56,350 nt of DNA from Psammoneis japonica (Eukaryota): assembly GCA_008632985.1 (NCBI GenBank), contig QPGO01000064.1:372001-428350 (forward strand). The letters run 5' to 3'. The notes beneath the pieces are model-generated. The model saw nothing but the letters and a program-made list of their open reading frames with translations, was not told the origin of the DNA and made no database searches. Shown in pieces: positions 33,270 to 46,384 of this stretch. The translations under genes and the position numbers were made by a program. The stretch's first letter is position 1, and every line of letters begins with the position of its first letter.

Positions 33270-34409
33270 ATGACTACTTCCTCTAGTAGCAAGACTCTCA
33301 ATCAATTTGTATCATCATACTCAAAGATGAGAGAAGACAGAGAAGACTCCTCCTCTCACTTGATTTTGTTTCAACACGAATCGTTTGCTTTGTTGAAGCA
33401 ACGACAAGCTGCAGTTTCGGATGTTGCTGACTCTAGTATTTATGAACGAGCTCGTATACGAACCCCATCGGAAAATGCTCATCGAGACGTAAATGGAGGA
33501 CCTGCCTGGTTACTTCACGTAGCCACAGAGTTTTCCAAGCAACGACGATCTACTAGCAACACTACAGGAAAGCGTGGCGTATGGGTCCAAACCACCTTTA
33601 GCACCATGTGTCCTGATTCGTTTCACATGATTGATGCAGTTTCAAATCCTTTTGGGTGGGATAATGAGAATATTATGCAACAAGACAGAGACGAAACCGG
33701 GGTGACTTCTGTGTCTCTAGAAAGTTTGGAAGAACTCGCGTGCTCGGTTGAGAATGCCGTTGCTGCGATAGTGCGGGATTTGAGTAAAGACGATGATGGT
33801 TCTTCTGGTGTAGTTGTCGTGATAGAGTCGATTTCTCCCATTCTAATGAGACACGGATTTGAAGCTACCTTGGCTTGGCTGCATCGACTGTATTCCAAGA
33901 ATGGGCCAGTTCTTGTTGCCATCCACAGTGAGTTGCTCACAACTCGACAAATAATGGCACTTCAGGATGAATGCAGCGCTTGTTTCTTACTTGAAAATGG
34001 GGCCATGACGCTTATTAGACAAGGGGCGAGAGAAAAAGGCAATGTGCTACGACTCCAGCTGCCATTCGAGCTTGTAGTGAAGAAGAAAGTACCTACGGTT
34101 TCGGAGGTATCACTTATTCTGACAGAAGACAAAGGATCACATATCCCGGGAGGTTCTCAGATGGAATCAGATACAAGTCATGAACAAAGCATTGAAACCG
34201 ATGTGGCTAGTAAACCGTCAGTTTCGGAGGTAGTGTCTCAACAACGAAGCGGAAAAGTCGTGTTGAAGCATCAAGATGACAACGGACGACGAGATCAATC
34301 GACAAATAATGCTACACCAAGTCCACAACCAAAGATTTATCTCCAAGATGATGATCCTGAATTTGATGACTTGGATGAAGAGGATCCGGATGATGATTTA
34401 GATATTTAA
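33270..34409 (+). CDS. ELP5: Elongator complex subunit 5-like protein
   Basis: D...NPFGWD, VVIESISP, and the C-terminal IYLQDDDPEFDDLDEEDPDDDLDI typical of Elp5. Confidence 0.7.
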   Translation: MTTSSSSKTLNQFVSSYSKMREDREDSSSHLILFQHESFALLKQRQAAVSDVADSSIYERARIRTPSENAHRDVNGGPAWLLHVATEFSKQRRSTSNTTGKRGVWVQTTFSTMCPDSFHMIDAVSNPFGWDNENIMQQDRDETGVTSVSLESLEELACSVENAVAAIVRDLSKDDDGSSGVVVVIESISPILMRHGFEATLAWLHRLYSKNGPVLVAIHSELLTTRQIMALQDECSACFLLENGAMTLIRQGAREKGNVLRLQLPFELVVKKKVPTVSEVSLILTEDKGSHIPGGSQMESDTSHEQSIETDVASKPSVSEVVSQQRSGKVVLKHQDDNGRRDQSTNNATPSPQPKIYLQDDDPEFDDLDEEDPDDDLDI

Positions 34410-34539
34410 CTTCTACCGATTGTGTTCGTTTTGGGTTTATTCGCTCCTTCTCGATTGGGCTGAGGGAAAAGTGAAACAGAAAAAGCGATCAGAAGAAGTG
34501 ATTTTGTTTCTAGAATGTGGAGATGCTTTTCTTGATAAA

Positions 34540-36469
34540 TTAGAAGGAAATATATGACTTGACTTTGCTCCGGAATTTGAGTTGTGGCGGACTCGTTATC
34601 GCCGGCCGAGCGCCTGCGTTGGAAGGAAGTTTTGCCAACAGCGCGGACCAAACAAGCTTTCGAAATTTCGTCAAGGACGCTGTCACGCGGTTTCCACCAG
34701 GAACAACCAACAGAACTGCCCTTGAAATGGTGGTAAACACCAAGCCTAAAACCACGTAGCTCAACAAAGCGGAACAGACACCATATGGTTTCAGCGACCG
34801 TTTCTTCTGAGTTTCTCGTAGGCCGAAAAATATACGAGATGGTAAAGACAATTCTTGGCGCAGCTGTCGAATACGTCGTTGTCGCGTTGCTTTTCGTTTT
34901 TCAATTTGCAAAACGCGAGCCATGCATAGCCGGGCATCGTCGAGCCCATCGTATTTGTGTCCCTGAGGCGGATACGGGTGAAGGTCCTGCCCCGCCCATC
35001 TGATACCCAAGGTATAGTGAAATGCTTCCTTTGCAATTGCTGTAGCATTTTGAAATCTTTCCCGTTCTTTTGCTGCTGTCCTCTCCTCGTTGCTTGTGAA
35101 AAGCGCTGCAGCAACCGCAACCGAAGCAACATCCTGGCGACCAACCCGAGCGGGAGAGGGAACCTTTCCGCTTGGTTCCACCTGCAGCGAAGTTGTATCG
35201 GTATCCTACAATACACAAAAGATTGACGCGAGGCCATGCATAAGTGTCTTTTGGTACGCTCCCAACTTTAGTAATGACGCATACCGTGAAAACTTACACG
35301 ATCTTCATCGATGAGATCCCCGGGTCTCAGCGTGATTGTATCAACCAAACTACTCTCGTCCATGAGCCGTTCCGCCATGTGCTGGTATCTGAAAACCATG
35401 GATTGTAGCATATTTGTGATGAGAGGAACGAAGCTCCAAGCCTTTTGTGCAACACACAAGTCAGATATACGTATCAAGCGAATCCGTGGTACATGAATCA
35501 CGTCGGGGACAATCGTGTCATTACTCTTTTCGACCGTATCTAGCTCAGCCTGTACCTGCGCTGCCGCTTCTCTTCGCCGTTGCTCACTCTCAGCTATTCC
35601 CAAAACCATGCGTGTGGCAGCATAGTACACATAGTATGGATGGCGCTTGTCTCTGCACCATCTACTCACGTCCTTTCGCAGAATTCGCCACACGGGAACT
35701 TGCATTAGATCCCTCCAGATGTTTGTTTTTCTCACCGCACCAACACAATTTATGATAGCAGTGCAATCGGTGAAAACGCTTTCTAGTGTCTCCTGTATCA
35801 ATCTGGGCATTTCGTTTTCGCCGCGATTGTCATAGTCATCAATAGCATTCCCATAAAAGGACGCTGCAGACGCGGCTCGCTCTTGAAAGGCAGCTTCCTC
35901 CTCGACGTATTCTTCGTCGACATGTCCTGGCAACCAATCCGATGGAACCAAGTCACCCTCAACAATTTCTAACCGCGGACCGTTCTTCTTATTCCGTGGA
36001 ACAAACGATTCCCCCTCAGCATAAAAGGCAAGTGAGGCGGACTGAAAGGATTGAACAACCGCAACAACCGTGCAATCAAGGTCGAGTTCCATCAGTTCCT
36101 GTACTGTGAGAAGAAAGCGATCGAGCACAATTCAGGTTGAACGCAAATGGCCTAATCCTATCACTGATGGCGCAACTCAGAAACATAGTCAAACATACCT
36201 ACGAGACGCCCAACCCGCCCCGTTGCACCCAGAACGACAATTTTTGGTTTTGCAGGAGATGTTGGATCGCCAACCAATTCAGTTCTGGTTTGCGTCGGAC
36301 GATCAATCTGACGTTCTATACCCTCGTCACTCTCGTCAAAGTAGTCACGACGCCATTTCGCTTTTAAAAGTGATTTGCTTCGACTTGCCATACGTGTACT
36401 TGACAACCCATGACTTAACGCAACAACAGAGAAAGATACAACTAACAAGCGTTGAGTGGAGACCCACAT
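34540..36469 (-). CDS. NAD(P)-binding Rossmann-fold protein (NAD_binding_10-like), 3 exons
   Basis: KIVVLGATGRVGRL, LEIVEGDL, INCVGA, TLRPGDL, VGRQDVA. Signal-like N-terminus. GT-AG introns. Confidence 0.8.
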
Positions 36470-36644
36470 TAGAAGAGAGGATAAAGAAGGCGGAGAAGAA
36501 GTTGTCAAATAGGATGAAAAAGAGAAGAAAGGATGCGAAATAGAGAGGAGACGAGACTCGCGATGTATCCTCATTGAAGATGGCCTGTGTCAAATCCGGG
36601 TGTTTTGTGTTTTCGCTCACCTCTGCCCTGTTATAGCCTCTAGA

Positions 36645-37810
36645 CCAACACTGCATCCACCTGGTTGGAGATTTGGGAAGAATGAAAGAGGTGGCCACCA
36701 TGAGGCAGCCCAGAAGAATGAACTGAAAGGAAGAAAAAGAAAAGAGAGAGAGGGAAAAGAAGGAAAGATGAGAAAAAGAGAAGGTGTTGCCAGTTGCCAG
36801 GTCATCATTTTGTGGTCCTTGGCTTGGCTTGTCTGCAAAGAAGCTTGTCAGTGACTCGAGGTGCCAGCACAGCCCGGATGCCACAGTCTTGAGTGGCAGA
36901 CAAGATGGGGGCTCTGTGTCTGTGCCCTGCTGTGGTTTGGGTGGACTGTTTCTTGCAGCCTGTCTCATTGTGACATTCCACCCTCTTGTTGCTGCAGCGC
37001 CAAGGACAGCAGGGGGCTTTGACACCCCACGGCTCTTTGCCCTCATTCAGGAGAGGACCTGTCAAACATGTTGGGAAACATGGAAAGCTCCTGAGTTCCT
37101 GATGGGACTTCAAATTCTTCATTGCAGCTGCACACCACTTCAAATTTTGGGCAAGAGCACCCAATGCGATGGGGCCAGCTGACTTGGCAAGACCTGGCTG
37201 TGTCTCTGTGGTGGTGCTTCTTAGCTCTCGTGTCTCTGGCCTTGAAACATGTGGTGTAAAGCACCCTGAGGAAAGTGCTTGCACACAGCATGCTGGCCCA
37301 ATCCTCTCCCATCAGCCAGTGCCTTGTGGCGCAGTGCTCAGCTTGCTGGCTCCTCCTGATTGTGAGCTCCCTGGTGGTTTGGTGTCTCAAGTGTTCTTTT
37401 CTGTTTGTGTGACAGATGTGTGCTTGGGATCATTGCAGTCTCATGGGATGCTGTGTCTTGTCTCAAGCTCTGTGCTGGATGCAGCACTTTCTAGAGTGTG
37501 TGCCATCAGGAGCATCGCCCTCATCATTCTTGCTGCTTGTCAGAGTTGGGAATGCCCAGCGCCACATGGGACAGGGGAGGAGATTGTGTGGAGGGCAGAA
37601 AGGAATCAAAGGCTGTGAAAAAAGAGATTGCATGAGATGTTACAGCTCAGTGTTTGGGTGGCCCACTGAGAGGGAGAAGAGCAGTGGTGGGTGCTGCCAA
37701 AGCAGTCACTTGCCAGGGTGCTCCAAATGAAGTCGGCGGAAAGGGAAGCAGGGGAGGTGAGGGCATGAAGAAAGGCAGAGTGGGAAGTGTCGGAGTTGTG
37801 GGGGTGGAGG
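36645..37810. other. TpA-depleted block 3 (intergenic island)
   Basis: About 4 TA in 1.2 kb between two normal genes. Confidence 0.8.
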
Positions 37811-37981
37811 GAGATAGCCAGGGAGGCTTGGACTGAGAACGGGCAGAAGGGAAGGAAGAGCTGAAAAGGAAGCTATGTAAGAAAATGCCGAGATCACCCT
37901 GTGTGCGGCCGAGCTCGAAACTCTCTACTGGCCACTGCATCTACTACCTTTTGCTTCAGTAGCGAGCTTGTATTATGTCCT

Positions 37982-39607
37982 TTACTGTAAACTCTTAAAG
38001 AATCCCTGCCATTTTGGATGTTGCAATGTCTTCTCAACATTGACGGAGCAGAACTTTCCACTTTCAGTTGCTTCGGCAAACTGCCTTCGAATTTCAGATT
38101 CTTCAGATTCGTATCGATCCGGCACCATTTCTTTTTCATATTCAAGAGTTTGATTCAACAGCCGTTCGCTCTGTTGCGGAGTGATACAATCCAGGGGGAA
38201 ATCCGAGAGCTTAGAAAGGCCGAGCCTGTTCAAAGCATGAGACTCAACTGCATCTGTCGCATCCTTTCGTGTCATGTTTGTCTTTATCATACCCTTCTGA
38301 TATGCCCCGACTGCCAACATATCGTAATGATGGCATTTCGATTCCGAAGGATTAAGGAATGTATCCTCCTTGGATTTCTGCTCGGTCAAATGCTGGCACA
38401 GCCGTTCCGCTTCGGGCATCACTTGGCAGAAGAAAGAGGAAAGAAAGAGATTGTTTGTACTCCTCTTGTCGCTTTTTATTGTGGCGTGCATGTCGAACAC
38501 ACGAATTTCGGAGTGAGGGAACCTTTCTTTCCAGCGTTTCGCCACCGCTAAAGGCAATAGAAAGGATCGTTTCACCATAAGTGTATCAAAGAAGGCCGAG
38601 AAGCTAGAGATAACTCTTCCTCCGTTGTCTGGCCAGTTGTCACGCGATTCTTTTCGATGATCTGGAACGTCAAAGCTGAATGCCTGGTGATACTTCGAAG
38701 GAACCCATTCATGTAATCGTCTCAACATTACAGCGAATAGAACAAGAAAAGAAGAAAAAGATTGGTAAAACGAACAAAACAGATGAGTGAGAATGATTGT
38801 GAAAATTGACTCGGATCAAAACGTGGTCTTCACTGCCGAAATTGCAACCAAGCTACACAACATACCGGTAGGTATAAACAATCCGCACATTCCAGCCTTC
38901 CAGAATTGGAATCAGGCGATCCCAGAGGCTGTAGTCTTCGTTTTCTGCCTTTGCGCACACGTTCAGCATCTCTTCCGACATGAAGACGTTGTGCTTATTT
39001 TTCAAATGGCTCTCGATAATACCTTTAAACTCATTCCACTTGGATTGGCAAGCAGGCTCTATCCAATCTCGACAATTGCGTACCATTTCATGTAGGAGCT
39101 TTTCGGGGACATTTTGTTGGTTCCCAACAAAGTAGAAGTTATCTTTCTTCATCAACCCTGGATAGTTTCTTCCGGCCCACTGTATTGTGGTGGTACCTGT
39201 TTTTTGGAAAAAAAGGAAATGAAGTTTAAATGCACGCTGACACGAAGATTCAGATGGGTCGGATCAGATGCTCAGGATATTTTACCTGTCTTGGGGGGTC
39301 CTATGTGCAGCACAAACAATGGGGCGTCCTTGGGAGGAGGTGAGCTTATCTTTTTCAATGTGTTGTTTGCTTTCTTTGCCTTTCTTCTGCGACCTAGCTT
39401 CTTCTTCTTCTGAGTCTTGCGTCGTTTTATAGAGCCATCATACCTCAGTTCTCGAGATGAGATGCTTGTAGTTTCAATCATTGCGGCTCGGTGCGTTCTT
39501 AACTGTCTCTGCAGGGATCGAATTTGCCTTATCTCTCCCAGAAAGGCGGAGTTGAAGAATGCGAGAACAAACGCAACACCGAGGCATATCTTCTCACCCT
39601 TCTTCAT
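37982..39607 (-). CDS. Type II membrane protein with sulfotransferase-like P-loop (LHIGPPKTG), multi-exon, diatom-expanded family
   Basis: N-terminal TM segment, FVLHIGPPKTG, VFMSEE, VRIVYTYR, YDMLAV, FCSVNVEKTL...W..FF. Confidence 0.7.
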
Positions 39608-39929
39608 GCTTGTTACAACGCAATTGGTGCCGCGTACTGTAGCACAACCTTACAACAACCTGCGGTGGTTTCCAGGGTAGTGAATGGGCGTGTCACTTCG
39701 CTCCCCGTCCATTTTTTGTTGCTTCTTTATCCCATCTCGTATTGCTCTCTATCTCTCACCTTACTTCATCCTGATGACTGATGACCGTGCGTTTTGTGAC
39801 TCGAAATTCGAAATTTTTGAAGTCATTTGTCGGGAATGACTGTGATAATAAATAAAGCATCATGAAAATGTCGAATAGTCACAAAAAAGAAACCTTTCAA
39901 TCGAATCATTCGACTTAACCGACTTGCTT

Positions 39930-40245
39930 GTCCTACCTACTCTCTAGCTAGAGAGTAGATAGCTAGCTAGAGAGAGCTACTACGGTAGCTTACTTGTAGC
40001 TAGAGCTAGAGTAGAGAGTAGGCCCTACCTTTACACTGTAACCTTTAGTCGTAAGCTTACTGCGGTACCCTGATCTGAGATCCGACGCCGACAAAAACTC
40101 AAGCCCTCATGACCAGCTCTACTGTACTGTACCTAGCTCTACTAGCTCGAGTACCCTCTCTAGACTCTAGTAGCTAGCCCTACTCTCCCTGCTGTACTGT
40201 AGGGCCCTCTCTACTAGAGTAGAGCCCTACCATATGGCATTAGGC
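39930..40245. other. TpA/CTAG-rich low-complexity island
   Basis: ctctagctagagagtagatagctagctagagagagctactacggtagc...ctagactctagtagctagccctac. Confidence 0.75.
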
Positions 40246-40403
40246 CCTCTTGTTTTTCCGATTCAAAAAAAAATAATGCATGTGGACTTCACCTACTAAA
40301 GTTCAACATTGTGCACTACGAAGTGTTTCATTATTTGGTAGCAATGAGAATGTAATAGAGCCGACTGAACATAACCTTGGACCGCTTTCTTCTAAAATAT
40401 TTA

Positions 40404-43400
40404 CTATGCAGAGGCACGAGTTACTCGGCGAACACCGCGTCCGCCCGTGAGAAACTGTGGTAGACTATTCGAAACATCCTCCACTCCCTTGGATTTTCGC
40501 AAGAAGACAGGTGCCAACATTTTAACTGTGTTGCTGCCGCCCTCCACCTGTGAATCGGGAGAAACTTTCCTTACGGATTGGTTTGTGTTGCTACCATCTT
40601 CCGTTGAGGGAACGACCTCATCGTGGATGTCTGAATCCCGCGACGCCTCCTTCGAGGCTTCGTCCTCAGATTTCTCTGTCGTATGAGTATAAGACTTCGG
40701 GGCGGCCTTTCGAAGTGGAGTACATCTGATTCTCTTTGTGGCGGGAGCCTCTTCGCCGATGTCATCTGCTCCATTCATAGCGCCCCTTGTTCCCTTCCCA
40801 GCAGATGCACCATTGGCATGGTTACCAGCCGCCAGCACTTCACTAGAGAAGTTTTCGCTTGACGGCACGCTAACGCCCGTCTCGTCAAGAGACTTGGTTA
40901 CTTTAACGCGAGGACTTGTTCTCGTCATGGAATCTGTCGGGATGGGCTCTTCCTCACCCAATACGAAGGCAGCATCGATATTTCGTTCTCGTCCGCCGAG
41001 AACGTACGACACGGCATAAACGATTGTGCCGTTGTCCCGACGGTCAACGTGCTTAACCCTGCCTACTCCTCCAGGCTTGTTAATTCCAGGCCAGGTACGA
41101 GACTGAACTTCTACAACATCACCCACAACGAAGGGGCCCTGCTTTCTGCGGGTTTGCGGCGCATTGACAACACCACGTGGGTTCACATCACCATTGACCG
41201 ACGCGATTCTCTGCGGTGTCAAAGGCAAACGCTGTCGCTTTTGGGGTGGAGAACTGGTTTCTTGAACAACTTTTCGGGGGCGCCCACGTTTACGCTTCTG
41301 TGGATTCGCCGCTTCGTTCTGAAACGATTTCATACAACTCGACGGACGTGCCTTACGAGGCTTTCCGAGAGGCCAACCCCTTTTCTTTTTCAAAGGTTTT
41401 CCGACTGACACATCAGGTGGAGGAGCCGCGAGTTTGGTTTCACCTACGTCTGCATCTGCCTCTGCAACGATGGGCGAAGGTTTGACTTTCGGGGGGCGTC
41501 CTCTCTTTCGCTTGGGTGCAGGTAGCGGTTGGAGAGATTTTCCCAGTGGAAGACTGGGAGGAGCGGCGAGTCTGGCTACATCACTTTCCGGTTTGACTTT
41601 CGGGGGGCGTCCTCTCTTTCGCTTGAGTGCAGGTAGCGGTTGGATAGTTTCTCCTGGTGGAAGACTGATAGGAGCTGCGAGTCTGGCTCTATCACTTTCC
41701 GGTTTGACTTTAGGAGGGCGTCCTCGCTTTCGTTTGGGCGCATGTAGAGGTTGCGGAGCAGCGGAGAAAGCAGTAGCGTTGGTAGCGATTCGAGGCCTTC
41801 CGCGCCCCCTCTTAACAGCGGGAGCCACACTCAATCCCTGCAAGTGCGCCAGAACGTCCGCGCTTTCAAGGGAAGGGTCGTATCCCGCGCCACTCGTTTC
41901 GGGGATATCCCACTGCTCTTGATCAGCATCGACCGTACGTTTCATACTTCGAGCCTTCACTATTTCACAGAAACTGGATGATACATCCAATTCTTTACCC
42001 TCGGCTTCATCCACCAACATCCAAATCGGCCGTCCCTCAGCCTGGGGTTTGTCAGGGCCCCAGAGGCCAACGCGGCGCATCGGCGCGAGATGGCACCACT
42101 GCAAATCGGGTATATAGGTAAGCACATAATAGTAATCAAACAACTCCGATGCCGGGGTGCTATTGTAGTTGACAAGCTTGACCACCTTGTTGAAGAGACC
42201 ACCTTGAGATACGGAAGAGTCACTGAGGTCTGGATAAGCCTCGCGATACACAGCAAGTTCCACTTCATAAGCCGTCTTGGCCTTTTGGTATGCCTCTCGC
42301 TCCTTGAGGTGCATCGCTTGATATTTCTGCTTATATCGTTCGTCGAGTTCCTGCCACTGCCGCGAAAGCACCTTGGTCAGCTCCGGCAACGGCTTTCCAG
42401 CCATTGTTTCCTTGAAGAGGTGTCGATGATCTCGACAGAACAGCAAGTACCCGGATAGCGGTCGTTTCGGGCGGACCGGGGCAGTAACTACAGCCCTTGA
42501 CGCTGCAGCCGTTGATGGGGCGGCGGCAGAATTGGACACCTTGCTCCCATTCATCGTTGCCGGTGTTGTCTGATAGGTGGAGTCCTTTGGTGGCTCATAC
42601 TTTTCCTGAATGGAAACCGCAAGCGACTCTTCTACGGGTTTTCGCAATTTGGCTCTCGCCGCTTTCTTACGATTCAATTTCAAGGCCATCATGTAGCTTG
42701 GCTCGCTTGTTTCGAGAGTATCGGTAGGAAAAGTCCAGTGGCAATAGGGCTGATAAGCATCGTCGCTCACATGAAAATGAGACACCTTGATTCGTGTGCC
42801 GTCTTTGAGCCTTGAGTTTGATTGCAATTCCGGAAAACGTGCGCGGTTTCCAGCAATAACATCTTGCCAAGATACTTGAAACATTTTTGCAATCTTGCGT
42901 GGGGTGTCGTTTTCCTTGGCAATATACCAGGTGGGAGTATCGCCGTCGCAGTCATTCTTGCGCTTGGCTTGTTTGGTGGGAATAAAGAGCGAAGTACCCT
43001 TGATAAGGCGGCTTCTTGGAGCAATATCAGGATACACGTATTGATTCAAAAAGATAATGTCCCACACATCGCAGTGAAACCGTTTTGCAAGATCCACAGG
43101 ATGCTCACCCTGTTTCTGCGTAACGTATGTGGTGACATCACTAGAAACCACTTCAGGTAACGGATCTTCCTTTTTCTCCTCGTCCTCTTCGTCTTGACGG
43201 CGCATTCTCTTCTCAAAGTCTAAATCTTCGGTAATACATCCGACCTTACGAACCCAAGTGACTCGTAAAACGGCACGGAATTGTCTGTAGCTTGCAAAAC
43301 AACATAGTCATAGTTTCTAGACCCAGTTGAATTCATGCGTTCGAGTTTTTCAATAACTAAGGAGACCAAGGTCTGACAAAGACAACGGTATAAATGAGAT

Positions 43401-44018
43401 CACATAGCGCGAACGGGCCAAGGCATGCAATTCTGTGTCGCTCACCTTGCCACACCCCAACCCTCCTAGAAGCGATATTTCCGCAATGCGTGGCCACACA
43501 ATACCCTCATTCCAGGGGTCTCCGCATCTCACAGTAGCTTGCATCGCTTCTGCCAGTGACCCGTCTGAATCATACGCACGTTCCTGATTAGCCATCTGCG
43601 CTGCTAGCGTTGGCTCGTCAAAGCTGAAGGCTGAATCATGAAGCGAGTCAAAGCAAAAGCTCTTCTGCCAATTGGTAAACGTGGTTACAGTGATGAATCC
43701 CTGTAAACGATCGTTATGCCTGACTAAGTACCCGAACAGCGGATCGTCCACGTCTATCCGATCTGCCATGTACTCGAGTGAAAGAGGCTTAGCGGCCGTA
43801 AATTTGTCCTTCTTGCGCTTTTCTGCTCCTCTACGAACTGCTTCTTTGCATAGCAGCACCATTTCAGCCATACTTTCAAACAAATGGTCGCGGTCAGTCA
43901 CTTCAGAAATTACAGAGCCCTTCAAATCGCTCTGACATTTCGGCACAGTTCGAAAGTCATAAGCCGGCTGACGCAACGGCTTGGCTGCAAACCGCTTGGC
44001 ATTCAACTCCTTCGTCAT
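40404..44018 (-). CDS. Chromatin protein: GNAT-like + 2 LysM-like + HMG box + AT-hooks
   Basis: AEISLLGGLGCGK|TLV...YDYVVLQATDNSVPFYESLGFVRVG (intron ~43370-43445). ENDTPRKIAKMF (LysM-like). PKRPLSGYLLFCRD...W (HMG). About 6 RGRP motifs. Confidence 0.85.
41478..41745 (-). repeat. 111-bp coding tandem repeat carrying AT-hooks (~2.4 units)
   Basis: KRKRGRPPKVKP recurs every 37 aa. Confidence 0.9.
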
Positions 44019-46384
44019 GACTACAACAACATAAACCAGTGCAACAAGGCGCAGACTTGTTTCCAATGCTCTTTGGTTGCCGTCGAAATCACAACGTCAC
44101 CGCTGCAAAAGAGTGGGGCATGTTTGCAGCGAATTTCGCCAATCACTCGCGAGCCACGCTGCGTTTATTGACTATGAACACCGTAAGGTTATATTTCGAT
44201 TCGAATCATCCACACTTTCATTCACCCTTAAGTAAATGTCCGTTGAAGATTTGTGTATATAGTAGTTTTATAAAAATATATAAAGTTATTTATGGCATCA
44301 CGGAGTGGCGCGCCATCGTGCGTTGCGGTTTTGATTTGCTTTTGTCTGAACATCACAGATCAAGCAGCAGCGCTCTGAACGAGACAAGCACATGATGCCC
44401 CGACCCCGACCCCCGACCCAGACGATGCATTGCGCAAGATCACATGGTGCATTGCAGGCAAACAAACAGACTCCTTCTGCATCTGCAGGGGTGCTGGAAC
44501 ATCAGAGCGTGTGCTGCAGCAGTGATCGGGGGGGGCCGTGCCTTTCTCACGCAATGGTTTTTGGATGCGTGCTCCAGACGCAGGTGAGCCGGATGAAAAA
44601 CGGACCTTGTTGTCACGAGGTTTGACTCAAGAAAATTGCAATTCATTGTTTTTTCAGGCAAAATGCATCTGTGTGCCTGTGCAGGAATGCACTGGCGGCT
44701 GACAAGCTCCAAAAGCAAGTTGCCAAAAAGCTTCGCCCTGGCCACAACGACAACGAAGTGCGGCACACAGCTTCCGCTTGTTCAGCCATCCATGATGATG
44801 TCATGGTCAACCAACCCCAACAGTCAACAACAACGGAAGCACCAGGCATCTGTGTGGTGCCACAGGGGAGGCACCCTGTGATGGTTGGTTGTTGAGCCAC
44901 ACCCCAAGAGACACAACTCAGGGCAAAGTTGTTTCCTCGGGGGTTGGGCCAAGATGAGTGGAGAGCTTTTCAATGTGTTCTTGTGGCAAACTCATGCTTG
45001 AAATCAGCCATCAGAGCTTCATTTCCCAGTGATGAAAATCTTGCAGAAGTGCGCAGAACAATTGTTTTTGTCAGACTCAACAAGAAGAAAAAACTTCATC
45101 TTAGAATCACCCTTTGTTTCGGCCATTTGCACTGTTGGAAAGAGCTTTTTCTCCACATTTCAGTCATGTGTTTGTTGCAAAAAGTTGAAAAAATGCATTG
45201 AGGCAATCACAGAACAAAGGTGTGAAGGCACAACCATTTGATTTTTGGCAAAGATTTCACATGCTCGTGGCTGGTTGACAACAAGCCCACAACCCCCACA
45301 CAACCCAAATCAGTGAATGACTTTGAGCCAAAGCAAGCTGAAGAATGGCCAACAAAATCCCCCAATTGAAATTTCTGCTTCAGCACAAAGACAGCCAAAT
45401 GGCTAATTCCCCCCAATTGAAGTTTCCACTTTGGCACAAAGAAAGCCAAATGGCCAACGTTGCAGAGTTTTTGGGCACAAGCAAAATCAAGTTGGCAAAA
45501 CAGCCAGGATGTCAAACATGAAATCACCACTCCATTTCTGCGCCAGCCAGGCAACTGCTGCAGCATTCAGATGCTCACTTCAAAGTGTCAATCGGTCTTC
45601 TCTCTCTTTGCTTTCAATGCTTGTGACAATTTTTCAGATCTCTGCATGGGCACATCCAAAATGTGCAATGCACACCCTTTGCAGCATGGACAAATGAGCC
45701 CATCTGGAATTTGCAGTCTCCTTTCAATCCACATGAGCACATGCCAAAAACTTGTGGACAGAACAAAAGGCCCTTGAGCACACAAAATGAGAAGAGAGCA
45801 GATGGCACCAAACTTGTTTTGAACCTTGGGCTCTCAAGTGGCATCGTTTTGCTGCTCTGCAGCTGGCTGGAAGCTTGAGTGTTTTTTTTTTGTGACTTGC
45901 AGCTTGAGGCTTGCTGGCACATGAGCGTGCGCAATGTTGCCTTTAGAGCCTGCTGCTTGCTGGAGCTGAGGAGATGTGGACAGCTGTCTGGGTGCCCAGG
46001 CTTTGTCCATCAGATGCTCAAACTCGCGGTTGTTTTCTCTTTTGTGCTGTGGCCACTTGGCTTCTTCCATCAAGAAAGTCCACAGCAGCCCAGGCCATCC
46101 TGAGCACTGACAAAGCAGCTCATGCAAAACTTTTCTGCCTGTTTTCCTCCCCCCCCCCCACAGAGCGGTTCTTGGCAACAGCGCCCCCTGCACACCAAGC
46201 TGCCATGGGTGGGGACGCCGCAGAAATCACGCAGGTGCCATTTTTTTAGCAAAATCGCCCTCTCTGCCCAAATGGACCATGGCGGTCGTCGACGTCGTGA
46301 CAAAAAAAAAGTGTCATCATCACGATTCACAAGACTCAACGTGCGGTCACAACGCGCAAGGCCGGGCTTCCAACTCCCGCCACA

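Noticed and set aside
36580..37910. Possible TIRs bounding block 3 (ggcc...gggtg / caccc...ggcc)
   Set aside because: Match too short and gapped, and no TSD
45500..45800. Possible Harbinger-like DDE remnant on the minus strand (PDGLIC...)
   Set aside because: Similarity too weak to call by eye
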